Shown: positions 9,639 to 20,153, numbered from the stretch's first letter. The stretch: 64,000 bases of DNA from Terriglobia bacterium (GCA_965223005.1 CBDCVK010000010.1:576001-640000); one strand, 5' to 3'. The notes: generated by a model not told the origin, from the sequence alone. Made by a program: numbers and translations.

Positions 9639-10106
9639 TCACTCCGTGGAGGTGATTTCGCCGCTTCCCCGCATGGCGGCGCGCAGGGTGTGCCAGGCCA
9701 GCGTGGCGCACTTGACCCGCACCGGATACTTCGAGACGCCGGAGAACACCGCCAGCTTGCCCAGTTCGGCCGCGGGAACGCCGCTGCGGTCCCCTTCGGT
9801 AACCAACTGATGAAACTTCTCAAACAGGGTTTCCGCCTCCGACCGGCTCTTGCCTTTCAGGCTCTCGGTCAGGATGGAGGCCGAAGCGGTGGAGATGGCA
9901 CAGCCGGAGCCCTCAAAGCTGATGTCGCGCACCCGGTCATCCTCCAGCTTCACGTAAATCCGAACCCGGTCGCCACACAGCGGGTTATACCCTTCCGCGT
10001 CGCCGGTCGCCCCTTCCAGCCCCTTGAAGTTGCGGGGCCTCCGGCTGTGGTCGACGATGACCTCCTGGTAGAGGTCGTGCAGGTCCGTCAGCATCTCCTC
10101 GGGCAT
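9639..10106 (-). CDS. sufU: SufU (NifU-like) sulfur-transfer protein
   Basis: 'LYQEVIVDH', 'NPLCGD', '[10 protein letters not shown]', 'RVKCATLAWH'; TGATG overlap with sufS. Confidence 0.93.
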   Translation of the reverse strand: MPEEMLTDLHDLYQEVIVDHSRRPRNFKGLEGATGDAEGYNPLCGDRVRIYVKLEDDRVRDISFEGSGCAISTASASILTESLKGKSRSEAETLFEKFHQLVTEGDRSGVPAAELGKLAVFSGVSKYPVRVKCATLAWHTLRAAMRGSGEITSTE

Positions 10107-11395
10107 CAGTGAAACATCTCCTGCACCTTGCGGATGCCGGCCGCTAGCGCGTCCAGCTCTTCCCGGGTGTTGTAGAAGGCCAGCGAGGCGCGCGTAGTGG
10201 CTGCAACGCCGAAGCGCTGCATCACCGGCTGGGCGCAATGATGGCCGGTGCGAACGGCAATGCCTTCGCAGTCCAGCACGGTTCCCGCGTCGTGGGGGTG
10301 AATCCCGTCAATGACGAACGATAGCACGCTGGCCTTCTCCCGCGCAGTACCGATCAGCCGTACGCCCGGAATCTGCCGGAGCGCCTCGGTGCCGTAGCCG
10401 AGCAGCTCGTGCTCGTAGGCTCCCACGTTGTCCAGTCCCACCTGGGTCAGATAGTCAATGGCCGCGCCCAGCCCGATGGTAGCGGCGATGTTGGGCGTGC
10501 CGGCCTCAAATTTGTAGGGCAGCGTATTGTAGATAGTTTTCTCGAAGGTGACGGAGCTGATCATGTCGCCCCCCCCCTGGTAGGGGGGCATCTCTTCCAG
10601 CCACCGCGCCTTGCCGTAGAGCACACCGATGCCGGTGGGGCCAAACATCTTGTGCCCGGAGAATGTGTAGAAGTCGCAGTCCAGCGCCTGTACGTCCACC
10701 TTCAGGTGCGGCGCCGCCTGCGCTCCATCCACCAGCACCGGCACATTCCGGCGGCGTGCCATCTCGATGATCTTCCGGATCGGGTTGATGGTTCCCAGGG
10801 CATTGGAGACGTGGGCCACCGCCACCAGCCGAGTGCGCTCGTTCAGTAGCTTCTCGAACTCCTCCAGCAGCAGTTCCCCGTGGTCGTTGATGGGCGCTAC
10901 CCGCAGCATGGCCCCTTTCTCCTCGCACAGGATCTGCCAGGGAACGATGTTGGAGTGGTGCTCCATGGCCGAGATGAGCACTTCGTCGCCCCGCTCGACT
11001 CGGGTGCGGCCGAAGCTGTGCGCTACCAGGTTGATGGCCTCGGTGGCGCCCCGCACAAAGATGATTTCCCGTAGGTCGGCGGCATTCAAGAACTCCTTGA
11101 CCTTGCGACGGGTGCCCTCGAAGGCTTCCGTAGCCCGTTCACTAAGCTGGTGAACGCCGCGGTGGACGTTAGAACACTCCCGCAGGTAGAAGCGTAGCTC
11201 GGCGTCAATCACAACCTGCGGCTTCTGGCTAGTGGCCGCATTGTCCAGGTAGACCAGGGGCTTGCCGCGCACGGTTTGCTTGAGGATCGGGAAGTCCTCC
11301 CGAATCTTTTGCACGTCAAGGATTGCCTCTCGCGCCGGGGAACTCAACGTGGGACTGCCGCTGGTTGGCATCGCTTCAACTCCTCCGGGCTTCAA
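10106..11395 (-). CDS. sufS: Cysteine desulfurase SufS
   Basis: 'YLDNAATSQKP', 'SGHKMFGPTG', 'RTGHHCAQP'. Confidence 0.95.
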   Translation of the reverse strand: MKPGGVEAMPTSGSPTLSSPAREAILDVQKIREDFPILKQTVRGKPLVYLDNAATSQKPQVVIDAELRFYLRECSNVHRGVHQLSERATEAFEGTRRKVKEFLNAADLREIIFVRGATEAINLVAHSFGRTRVERGDEVLISAMEHHSNIVPWQILCEEKGAMLRVAPINDHGELLLEEFEKLLNERTRLVAVAHVSNALGTINPIRKIIEMARRRNVPVLVDGAQAAPHLKVDVQALDCDFYTFSGHKMFGPTGIGVLYGKARWLEEMPPYQGGGDMISSVTFEKTIYNTLPYKFEAGTPNIAATIGLGAAIDYLTQVGLDNVGAYEHELLGYGTEALRQIPGVRLIGTAREKASVLSFVIDGIHPHDAGTVLDCEGIAVRTGHHCAQPVMQRFGVAATTRASLAFYNTREELDALAAGIRKVQEMFH

Positions 11396-12750
11396 CTCCT
11401 TCGGCCCTCGGCCAGCTGCGCGAACAACTCCCCCTCCACCCAGCGGCGCACGGCCTGCACCTTCATCTGACCCAACGGCTCACTGGCGAAGGCGTAGGTG
11501 AGCATGTCGCGGGCCGCCTGAAGGTCCATGCCGCGGGTGCGCAGATAGAACAGGGCCTCCTGGTCAATTTGCCCGACGGTCGCCCCGTGGGTGCAGCGCA
11601 CGTCGTCGGCCCAGATCTCGAGCTGCGGCTTGGTATTGATCACCGCATCCTGCGACAGCAGCAGGTTCCTGTTGCTCTGCTTGGCGTTGGTCTTCTGCGC
11701 GTCCTGCCGCACAATGATTCCACCGTTGAACACCCCGCTGGCTTTTCCATCCAGGATGCCCCTGTAGATCTCGTGGCTGCTACAGTGGGGCCGGGCATGG
11801 TCCAGCGTGGTGTGGTTGTCCACGTGCTGGCGGCCCGTGCCCAGGTACAGGCCGTTCAGTGTGCACTCGGCGCCTTCCCCGTCCAGTACAGCCGTCAGGT
11901 CGTTGCGCACCAGGGCGCCGCCCAACGAAACGTTTTGATTGCTAAAGACGCTGCTGCGCTCCAGATGGACCTGCACCGTCGCCACGTGGAAAGCGCGCTG
12001 GCTTTCCTGCTGCAGCTTATAGTGTTCAACGACCGCGCTCTCGCCCACCGCGATCTCGGTGACCGCATTGGTAAAATAGGCGGCCTCGCCCAGCCCAACA
12101 TAGCTCTCAATCAAGGCCACCTGGCTCTCCCGGTCCGCCAGAATCAGGCTCCGGGGATGTGACACCCGGGGGACTTCATCGCCGGTGGAAACAAACAGCA
12201 GATGGATGGGCTGCTCGAGAACCAGGCCCGGGGGAATCCGGAGGAAGGCTCCCTGCTCCAGGAACGCGGTGTTGAGGGCCACAAACGGCTGCCGGTCGTA
12301 AGCGGCATAACGCGCCAGATGCTGCTCCAGCTCGCCGCTACGGCCGGCCTCGCCCGCCAGGGCCTCAGCCAGGCTGGCGAGCTGAACACCTTCCGGCAGC
12401 CCGGCGGTGGAAGAGAACTCGTGAGAGTAGACGCCGTTGACGAACACCAGCCGCGCGAGGCTCAGTGCGGCCAGCGGTGAGAGCGCCAGCGCTTCAGCGC
12501 TCAGCCCGTTTGCCTGCTCGGTGGCGGGCTGAAACGGAATCCGGACGAGCGGGGCAACGTTGGTGTACTTCCACTCCTCCTGATGCGTGGTGGGAAAACC
12601 CAACTCGCCGAAGCGACCAACGGCCTGGCGGCGAAGCTGGTGGACCCAGGAAGGCGCATCTGTGCCCAGCCGCTTCTCCAGTTGGGCGAAGCTCGCGAAG
12701 TAGGTCTCCTGATTTTCCTTGATTGTTTCGGCGCCAGTGCTTGGGAACAC
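11392..12750 (-). CDS. sufD: Fe-S cluster assembly protein SufD
   Basis: 'EEWKYT', 'KPQLEIWADDVRCTHGATVG', 'LFYLRTRG'. Confidence 0.95.
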   Translation of the reverse strand: MFPSTGAETIKENQETYFASFAQLEKRLGTDAPSWVHQLRRQAVGRFGELGFPTTHQEEWKYTNVAPLVRIPFQPATEQANGLSAEALALSPLAALSLARLVFVNGVYSHEFSSTAGLPEGVQLASLAEALAGEAGRSGELEQHLARYAAYDRQPFVALNTAFLEQGAFLRIPPGLVLEQPIHLLFVSTGDEVPRVSHPRSLILADRESQVALIESYVGLGEAAYFTNAVTEIAVGESAVVEHYKLQQESQRAFHVATVQVHLERSSVFSNQNVSLGGALVRNDLTAVLDGEGAECTLNGLYLGTGRQHVDNHTTLDHARPHCSSHEIYRGILDGKASGVFNGGIIVRQDAQKTNAKQSNRNLLLSQDAVINTKPQLEIWADDVRCTHGATVGQIDQEALFYLRTRGMDLQAARDMLTYAFASEPLGQMKVQAVRRWVEGELFAQLAEGRRS

Positions 12751-12758
12751 GTTTCCCC

Positions 12759-13529
12759 CTAGCCAGGAATCGGCTGCACGCTCTCGCTGGTGCCCTCCAG
12801 CCAGGCGTAGCCGTGATCCTCCAACTCCAGTGCCAGATTCTTGTCGCCCGAGCGGACAATGCGGCCGTTGTACAGGACGTGCACGAAGTCGGGGGTGATG
12901 TAGTTCAACAACCTCTGGTAATGGGTCACCACAAGAATGGCACGCTCGGGGCTTCGCATGGCGTTGACTCCGGTGGCCACAATCCTCAGGGCATCAATGT
13001 CCAGACCCGAATCGGTTTCGTCCAGGATGGCCAGGCGGGGTTCCAGAATCGTCATCTGGAAGATTTCGTTGCGCTTCTTCTCTCCGCCCGAGAATCCCTC
13101 GTTGACCGAGCGGGTCATCAGGCTCTCATCCAGCCCCAGCGCCTTCACCTTCTCCCGCACCAGCGCCAGGAAGTCCATAGCGTCCAACTCGGGCAGGCCT
13201 TGGTGCTTGCGAATGGCGTTGAGCGCCGCCTTGAGGAAGTAGGTGTTGCTCACCCCGGGAATCTCCACCGGATACTGGAAGGCCAGGAAGATCCCGTCGC
13301 CGGCGCGATCTTCGGGAGCCATGGCCAGAAGGTCCTGGCCGTTGTAGGTCACCTCGCCGGCGGTGACCTCATAGCAGTCGCGCCCGGCTAGGACCTGCGC
13401 CAGAGTGCTCTTACCCGACCCGTTGGGCCCCATGATGGCATGCACCTCGCCCAGGTTTACCTTGAGGTCCACACCGCGCAGGATTTCAATATCGCCAGTT
13501 CTGGCCTGCAGATTCTTGATTTCAAGCAT
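12759..13529 (-). CDS. sufC: Fe-S assembly ATPase SufC
   Basis: 'GPNGSGKST', 'FSGGEKKRNE', 'LDETDSGLDID'. Confidence 0.97.
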   Translation of the reverse strand: MLEIKNLQARTGDIEILRGVDLKVNLGEVHAIMGPNGSGKSTLAQVLAGRDCYEVTAGEVTYNGQDLLAMAPEDRAGDGIFLAFQYPVEIPGVSNTYFLKAALNAIRKHQGLPELDAMDFLALVREKVKALGLDESLMTRSVNEGFSGGEKKRNEIFQMTILEPRLAILDETDSGLDIDALRIVATGVNAMRSPERAILVVTHYQRLLNYITPDFVHVLYNGRIVRSGDKNLALELEDHGYAWLEGTSESVQPIPG

Positions 13530-13578
13530 GCTCGAAGGCTATCTCCTTAACAGGATGCTGAAAAACGCTCGCCAGCCT

Positions 13579-13679
13579 CTCATTCCGAGTGCCGATGCTG
13601 TCTGTCGGCTGAAAGAATTTGCTTCTCCGGCAAGCAATGGTGGTGGAAAGGCAGATTCCCCACTTCGCTCGGAACGACA
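13579..13679. repeat. Palindromic REP/MITE-like intergenic element
   Basis: Nested inverted repeats TCATTCCGAG/CTCGGAACGA, GAATTTGC/GCAGATTC, GCCGA/TCGGC. Confidence 0.6.
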
Positions 13680-13697
13680 CCGGGGCCCCCTAGGGCA

Positions 13698-15146
13698 CTA
13701 GCCCACACTGCCTTCCAGACTCACACTCAGCAGCTTCTGGGCCTCGACGGCAAACTCCATCGGCAGCTCGCGGAACACCTGCTTGCAGAAGCCGTTGATG
13801 ATCATCGAGACGGCGTCTTCGCTGGAGAGGCCGCGCTGGCGGCAGTAAAAGATCTGGTCCTCGCCGACCTTGGAGGTGGAAGCCTCGTGCTCCACCTGTG
13901 CCGCCGGATTCTTGACTTCCAGGTAGGGGAAGGTATGGGCTCCGCACTGGTCGCCGATCAGCAGCGAGTCGCACTGCGAATAGTTCCGCGCGCCGGCGGC
14001 GCCCGGCAGCATCTTCACCATGCCACGATAGGTATTCTGCCCGTGGCCGGACGAAATCCCCTTGGAGACGATGGTGCTCCGGGTGTTCTTGCCGATGTGG
14101 AGCATCTTAGTGCCGGTGTCAGCTTGCTGGTAGTTGTTGGTGGTGGCCACCGAGTAAAACTCGCCCACCGAGTTGTCACCCAGCAGAATGCAGCTCGGGT
14201 ACTTCCAGGTGATCGCCGAGCCGGTCTCCACCTGCGTCCAGGAGATCTTGGAATTGACTCCCAGACACTTGCCGCGCTTGGTCACGAAATTGAAGATGCC
14301 GCCCCGGCCTTGCTTGTCGCCGGGATACCAGTTCTGGATGGTCGAGTATTTGATCTGCGCATTGTCCAGCGCGATCAGCTCCACCACGGCGGCATGCAAC
14401 TGGTTGGTGTCGCGCATCGGCGCCGTGCAGCCCTCCAAGTAGCTGACGTAGCTGCCTTCCTCGGCAATGATCAGGGTGCGCTCAAACTGGCCGGTGTTCT
14501 GGGCGTTGATGCGGAAGTAGGTGGATAGCTCCATCGGGCAGCGGACGCCCTTGGGGATGTAGCAGAACGAGCCGTCACTAAATACAGCCGCGTTCAGTCC
14601 TGCATAGAAGTTATCGGTGTAGGGAACCACCGAGCCCAGGTACTTGCGGACCAGCTCCGGGTGCTCCCGCACCGCCTCGGAAAACGAGCAGAAGATGATG
14701 CCCAGCTCGCCCAGCTTCTCCTTGAAAGTGGTGGCCACCGAGACGCTGTCGAACACGGCATCCACCGCCACTCCGGCCAGCATCTCTTGCTCCCGCAACG
14801 GGATGCCCAGCTTCTCGTAAGTCTTCAGCAGCTCCGGGTCCACCTCGTCCAGGCTCTTGGGCTGGTCCTCCTTCGATTTCGGCGCCGAGTAGTAAACAAT
14901 GCTCTGGTAGTCAATAGGCGGGTAGTGCACGTTGGCCCAGCTCGGCTCTTCCATCGTGAGCCAGTGCCGGTAGGCTTTCAGCCGCCCCTCCAGCATGAAC
15001 TCCGGCTCGTTCTTCTTGGCCGAAATCAACCGAATGACGTCCTCATTCAACCCAGGGGGTACCGTATCGGTCTCAACTTCCGTGAAAAAACCGTACTTGT
15101 ACTCCTTGTTGGTAAGCTCCTCGATGTTGTTGACCGGAGTGCTCAT
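13698..15146 (-). CDS. sufB: Fe-S cluster assembly protein SufB
   Basis: 'YKYGF', 'GQFERTLI', 'YLEGCTAP', 'EHEASTSK'. Confidence 0.97.
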   Translation of the reverse strand: MSTPVNNIEELTNKEYKYGFFTEVETDTVPPGLNEDVIRLISAKKNEPEFMLEGRLKAYRHWLTMEEPSWANVHYPPIDYQSIVYYSAPKSKEDQPKSLDEVDPELLKTYEKLGIPLREQEMLAGVAVDAVFDSVSVATTFKEKLGELGIIFCSFSEAVREHPELVRKYLGSVVPYTDNFYAGLNAAVFSDGSFCYIPKGVRCPMELSTYFRINAQNTGQFERTLIIAEEGSYVSYLEGCTAPMRDTNQLHAAVVELIALDNAQIKYSTIQNWYPGDKQGRGGIFNFVTKRGKCLGVNSKISWTQVETGSAITWKYPSCILLGDNSVGEFYSVATTNNYQQADTGTKMLHIGKNTRSTIVSKGISSGHGQNTYRGMVKMLPGAAGARNYSQCDSLLIGDQCGAHTFPYLEVKNPAAQVEHEASTSKVGEDQIFYCRQRGLSSEDAVSMIINGFCKQVFRELPMEFAVEAQKLLSVSLEGSVG

Positions 15147-15265
15147 AGCTTGTCTTGTCTTGTCTTCTCCCTCTTAGAGGCATTGTGTAGAAACTCTCAG
15201 TGCTTCCAACCGAAGGTGACGCTTCACAAAAAGTGGGGAGCGCCAGCCAAGCGGCAGCGTATGTA

Positions 15266-15372
15266 AATCTATACAAATGAGTCAAGATTAATTTGCCTAG
15301 CTGCTACTTTGACTCACAAACCTCCCGTAGCAAGATCCAGGATAGCCAATCTAGACTAAAAAGTCAAGATTG
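15266..15372 (-). promoter_or_regulatory. suf operon promoter(s) with two palindromic operators
   Basis: AATCTATACAAATGAGTCAAGATT (15266-15289) and AATCTAGACTAAAAAGTCAAGATT (15348-15371); minus strand TTGACT-N17-TATCCT. Confidence 0.75.
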
Positions 15373-15528
15373 ATCCGGGCCCATGTACTACCTGCTATCT
15401 ATTTTAAAACAAAGCAAATATCCTGACGCAAAGCTATGGTTACAAGATCATCCAAAGCGGGAAGTTTTCTTGAGTTGACAGGTTCTTGGCGCCGTCAGGC
15501 ATTCCCTAAACGCACTGCGTGATGTGGT

Positions 15529-16095
15529 TTAGCTGCGGCGCAACAGGCTCCAGGAAAGCACCCGAAGCCAGCGCCCCAGGTAAGCGAACAGGGCGTAACA
15601 GGCCAGAAGCAGGAAGACAAAGGGAAGCAGCACGAGACGGAAGGCCGTTCGGAGCAGTTCGGCACCCTCCACATCCACACGAGCACCCAGGAAGCGGCGA
15701 ATGGAGGCGCGGTTGGACCAGTCGAGCCAGAAGAAGTCCCCGTTTTCATTCACCACCAGCAGCTTGGAGGGCAGAAAGAACATGAGAAGGAGCTTCCAGC
15801 GAAGCAAAACGGATTCCCGCGTGAACAGCAGGCCTGCCACGGAGGCCTGCGAGCGCCGCATAGCGAGCAGCATCTTCCACTTGCTGGCTACATCGGGCGC
15901 CTCCGTCACTCTGTAGACACGCTCAAAGCCGCCGGGGGCCGGCACACCGGGAAAGCAGGTGCACAGCTCGAAACGGGCCCGGGAAAAGATCGGGCGCATC
16001 CGCGCGTAGGCTCTCTCCATTACCGAGCGCGAACCGCTCTCAACCAGCAGCACCATTCGGGGCTCGGGGATCCGACTGCGAAAAAAATAGCGCAC
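15529..16095 (-). CDS. Hypothetical membrane-associated protein
   Basis: 188-aa ORF, C-terminal hydrophobic helix; TAGACT box 8 nt before GTG. Confidence 0.7.
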   Translation of the reverse strand: MRYFFRSRIPEPRMVLLVESGSRSVMERAYARMRPIFSRARFELCTCFPGVPAPGGFERVYRVTEAPDVASKWKMLLAMRRSQASVAGLLFTRESVLLRWKLLLMFFLPSKLLVVNENGDFFWLDWSNRASIRRFLGARVDVEGAELLRTAFRLVLLPFVFLLLACYALFAYLGRWLRVLSWSLLRRS

Positions 16096-16245
16096 TTGTC
16101 GAAAGTCTATTCGCGAACAGCCGGAGGTTCAATGGACAGAAGAGAGGAAATAGCTAGGTCACTTTCCGGCAGCTTGGCTCGGCCGGCAGACACCAACCGC
16201 CAGATTGGCCCGGCCAGCGTGGCCCCGAAGAGACTTTCCGGAGGC

Positions 16246-16854
16246 TTAGCGCTGAGACGAGGGCGATTTCCTTCCAGTCGTGGCACCCGGAGCGATAGCA
16301 GCGGAAGCGGCCAAGCTAGCGTTGTACAGTTTGATGATGTCTTCGGTCACATCCAGAGTCGTGCTAGCCCACGCAACAGGAGCTTGGGGCGAGCTGACGT
16401 CGATCACCAGGTGGTAGCCGTTCTCGCGCGCGTACTGATCCAGGATTTTTATCAGCTTCCGCCCGATCTCGTTGACCATCTGCCCCTGGGCCTGCTGGAA
16501 GTCGGCGCTGAGGTCCTCGTTGCTGCGATTGAAATCTCTGGTCTTGGTTTCAATCTGCCGCACCAGGTTCCTCCGGGCCTCATCACTAAGAACCCTTTCG
16601 CTTTCCTGAAGCTGCTTCCGCAACTTCTCGATTTCCTCTTGTTTGGCCCGCAATTCCTTGTCCTTGGGAGCAAACTCCGCTCGTAACTTCTCCTGCGCCT
16701 TCTTCCCCTCTTCCGATTCTACGATGGCCCGCTGAATGTTGATGATGCCGATCTTGGATCCCGGCGTGGGCGCTGGGTTTTGGGCCTGCACGTTACCCAA
16801 CAGAGTCACCACCAAAGCAACAGCCAGTGCCAAAGAAAAAGCCTGCTTTCTCAT
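16246..16854 (-). CDS. skp: OmpH/Skp periplasmic chaperone
   Basis: Signal peptide, 'KIGIINIQRAIVESEEGK', coiled coil, 'LDVTEDIIKLYN'; downstream of bamA. Confidence 0.92.
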   Translation of the reverse strand: MRKQAFSLALAVALVVTLLGNVQAQNPAPTPGSKIGIINIQRAIVESEEGKKAQEKLRAEFAPKDKELRAKQEEIEKLRKQLQESERVLSDEARRNLVRQIETKTRDFNRSNEDLSADFQQAQGQMVNEIGRKLIKILDQYARENGYHLVIDVSSPQAPVAWASTTLDVTEDIIKLYNASLAASAAIAPGATTGRKSPSSQR

Positions 16855-17055
16855 CTAAACTCCTAACCGTGAAGTCGGGACCTTTGCCCCTTTCGCAAAG
16901 AGCCGGAGGTCTATCCTATCAAGCCATTATAGTTGTCTCCCCATCACTGGGTCAATCCGGCCCGACACTTTCGCTGACGTGCCAACTGCGCCCGCTGGGG
17001 CCACAGTCCCTTGTCCACCCTCTGCAGTATACAGTTCAGGGGACTCACTAGCGGC

Positions 17056-19857
17056 TCAGAAAGTCCGGCCGACGCTGAATCGGAAGGTCCGGCTCTTCTC
17101 CCGCCAGAACACGCGCGGGGTGGTCAGCACCGCCGCGTTGAATGTGGCTTGGTTGGGGAACTGGCTGCGGTTAATCAGGACCGGCGGGGCCAGAAGGGTC
17201 TCCAGCCGGTTCGGGTTGTAGGCCCAGTACACGCGGAACGGAGCATTGACGACTGGCAGCAGCACTTGGACCTCCAATCCGGTCGAGCTGCGAATCTGCC
17301 GGTTGGTTCCTGGCAACAATTGTACCCTCGAGGGAAACTCCTGGCCGGGGAACTTAGCCATCAGGTCCGACAACCGCGAGGGGTTCATCGTGAGCTGGCT
17401 CTGCCGCCAGACGGTATTGAGCCCGGCGTCGAAGAACGCCGCCAGGACTACCGGCCCGAAAATTGGGACGCGGTATTCGAAGTTGCCGATCGTCTGCAAG
17501 TCCCCGCCTGGGAAGATGATGCGGTTCACCGGGTAGGTGACAGTTTGGGGCACCAGCTGCACCTCTCCATCGACCACCACCGGGACAAAGCGCGGCGTGC
17601 CGTCTTGATTGACCACACCGATCGTGGCCTCGTCGGTGACGTAGGCCATCGGGCTGACGGCGCGGATGAAGAAGCCGCGAATGTCGGTCTCCCCACCAAT
17701 GTAAAAGCGCTGAAACGGTGGCGCCACCTTGCCCGCGTAACCACTCTGGACTGAGGTCAGGAAGCGGAAACCCACGATATGCCCACTCTTGTTCACCGGA
17801 ATGAACTTGGTGAACTCGAAGGTGGGCCGGAAGAGACGGACGTTTCCGCCCAGACCGGCCAACTCTAGGCTACCGAAGACTTTGGTGCCGCGGGTGGGTG
17901 TGATCGGGTGATCCACCGTGTTGTACAGGTAGGTGGGGATGACCCTGCTGGTCGTGATCCCTTCCAGCGCGTTGGGGCCGCTGGCGCCCCGGAAATTCAG
18001 GAACTCGAAGAATTGCTTGGAAGCCGAACTGAAGGTCCTGATGTCGGAGCGGTCGTAGCCAAAAGTGAGGCCCACGCGGGCGAAACTGCGCCGCAGCGGA
18101 TAGGTGGCAAAGACGGTGAACCCCTGGCTGGACTGGCGGAAATTCTGGATGTTGTCGGTGCCCAACGCGTCAAACAGCGGAATCAGGTTGCGCCCGCTCA
18201 GGATGGAGGCCTCGCGCGCCTGATTGAAGCTGAAGCGGCGGGCAAAGATGGTGAAACCCATCTGTAGCGGGCGGTCAAACGCGTAGGGCTCGGTGAAGCC
18301 AAACAGGATGTTGCGCTGGCGGTTCCCGAGCTCCACCGCAAAGGTCAGCGTCTCCCCCAGCCCCATGAAATTGTTGGTGGAGTAGTTCATCCCAATAAAA
18401 CTGCCAGCGATGCCGCTGGTCCCACCCGTCAACCCGATGGTGTTTTTCCCGCGTTCCTTGACGTTCAAATTGATGTCCACCTGGCCGGTCCGGTTGTTAG
18501 GCCGGATGTCGGCCTCCTCGGGCTTGAGTGCCTCGAAGAAGCCGAGCTGGTTCAGGCGCAGGATGCTGACCTCCCACAGCCGGCTGTTGAACATGTCTCC
18601 TTCGTCCAACAGCAACTCACGCCGGATGACCTTGTCGCGGGTGGTGGTGTTGCCCGCGAACTCGATACGCCGGACAAAGAACTGCTTGTCCTCTTCGATG
18701 TCGAGGGTCATGTTGATGACCTTGTTCTGCCGATCCACGTCGGCGTCCGGCGTAGGAACCATATTGATGAAGCCGAATTCCCCGTACAGCTTGCGCAGGT
18801 CCTCCAGCCCATCGCGGATCTTGGAAACATCGAAGATGTCGCCTTCCCTCATCTTGAACAACGGGTACATAATGGCGTCCGGCTGGCGGAAGAATTTGAC
18901 CCCGGTAAAAGCCAACTTCCCCACCCGGTACTGCTCGCCCTCCTGGATGGGGATTGTCAGGTCCACCCGCTTGCTGGGCCGGTTGGGATAGAACAGGGGA
19001 ATGCGGAACCACCCGCCGCCGGTGTCGCGACTGTTGATGTCCGGGTCCAGCACCAGCGCGGTGAAGTAGCCGCTGTCCTGGTGTTTGCCGCGCACCCGTT
19101 CCAGGTCGGCGGCCAGCTTGTTGTGGTCAAAGGTCTTGCTAAAGATGTTTTCCAGAATGATGGAGTGGGGAATCCCGATCGGTTTCAGGTGTTTCATTGC
19201 CCGGCGCAGATCCCGGCTGCTAAAAACAGTATTGCCGGTGAATTCGATCTTGCCGACCTTGACCTTGGGCCCTTCCTCAACGACGAAGTCCAGCATCACC
19301 GAGTTCGGCGGCACCCGTTTGGGCTCGGCCCGAACCTTCGCGTACTGGCGGCCGCGCTCAGCCAGCAACTCTGCCAGCACCACCTCGGCCCGCCGCACCC
19401 GGTTGGGCTCGTACTGGCTTTGCGGCGTTAAACTCACCCTGCGCTCCCGGAACCGATCCAAGATCTCCGAGACAGTGACCGATTTGATGCCCTTGTAATC
19501 CATCGCGCGGATGGTGGGCTTCTCCTCCACGTGGAAGAGAACGATCTTCCCCTTGTCGCCGTCCTCCACCTCGAGACGGATGTTCTCAAAGAACCCTGCG
19601 TTCCACAGGGACATGAAATCGCGGCGCAGGGCATCCGGGTTGTAGGGATCGCCGGGTTTGCTGAAGATCCGGGAGCGCAGGGTGGCCGCGGGCACGCGCC
19701 GGTTCCCCAGAAACCGAATGTGGTCAATGAGTTCCTGCGACTCGGCTTGCTGGGCGACCGACGCTGCTGCGGAGGCACTGGCGGGCAGGGCCCCCAACCA
19801 GCACAGGAACAGCAGGAAAAGCAATCTGGGCGGTGCCGACAGCTTCAAACGGAACAT
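17056..19857 (-). CDS. bamA: Outer-membrane protein assembly factor BamA (ORF open to 19908)
   Basis: POTRA repeats ('GNTTTRDKVIRRE'), 'RFYIGGETDIRGF', C-terminal 'FRFSVGRTF'. Confidence 0.95.
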   Translation of the reverse strand: MFRLKLSAPPRLLFLLFLCWLGALPASASAAASVAQQAESQELIDHIRFLGNRRVPAATLRSRIFSKPGDPYNPDALRRDFMSLWNAGFFENIRLEVEDGDKGKIVLFHVEEKPTIRAMDYKGIKSVTVSEILDRFRERRVSLTPQSQYEPNRVRRAEVVLAELLAERGRQYAKVRAEPKRVPPNSVMLDFVVEEGPKVKVGKIEFTGNTVFSSRDLRRAMKHLKPIGIPHSIILENIFSKTFDHNKLAADLERVRGKHQDSGYFTALVLDPDINSRDTGGGWFRIPLFYPNRPSKRVDLTIPIQEGEQYRVGKLAFTGVKFFRQPDAIMYPLFKMREGDIFDVSKIRDGLEDLRKLYGEFGFINMVPTPDADVDRQNKVINMTLDIEEDKQFFVRRIEFAGNTTTRDKVIRRELLLDEGDMFNSRLWEVSILRLNQLGFFEALKPEEADIRPNNRTGQVDINLNVKERGKNTIGLTGGTSGIAGSFIGMNYSTNNFMGLGETLTFAVELGNRQRNILFGFTEPYAFDRPLQMGFTIFARRFSFNQAREASILSGRNLIPLFDALGTDNIQNFRQSSQGFTVFATYPLRRSFARVGLTFGYDRSDIRTFSSASKQFFEFLNFRGASGPNALEGITTSRVIPTYLYNTVDHPITPTRGTKVFGSLELAGLGGNVRLFRPTFEFTKFIPVNKSGHIVGFRFLTSVQSGYAGKVAPPFQRFYIGGETDIRGFFIRAVSPMAYVTDEATIGVVNQDGTPRFVPVVVDGEVQLVPQTVTYPVNRIIFPGGDLQTIGNFEYRVPIFGPVVLAAFFDAGLNTVWRQSQLTMNPSRLSDLMAKFPGQEFPSRVQLLPGTNRQIRSSTGLEVQVLLPVVNAPFRVYWAYNPNRLETLLAPPVLINRSQFPNQATFNAAVLTTPRVFWREKSRTFRFSVGRTF

Positions 19858-20153
19858 CTCTCCCGACTCAGAGTTTTCATACGAGACGCCCTGCGTCGGG
19901 CGACCCATTCATTTTACAACGGCCGCAGGGCTTCCAGGCAAAGACTCTGTAAGCTTGCCGGTCCGAGGGGATAAACCCATTCCGACGCTAAAGGTAGCAG
20001 GAAAGTCACATGAAAGTTGGACGGGTTGCCGAGCGTCGGGAGACCGTCAGACGCAGCTTCGAGCGGTCGATCGGAGTCCCTGCGCTAGCAGGCCGCCAGC
20101 CCTTCGAAGCGAGCACGAGGAGCCAGCACGGGGAGTAGTCGGGCACGGCCGCC

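Noticed and set aside
19975-20150. Possible ncRNA between pyk and bamA (TCCGACGCT/AGCGTCGGG inverted repeat)
   Set aside because: Only a short stem in GC-rich DNA; no recognisable RNA family motif.
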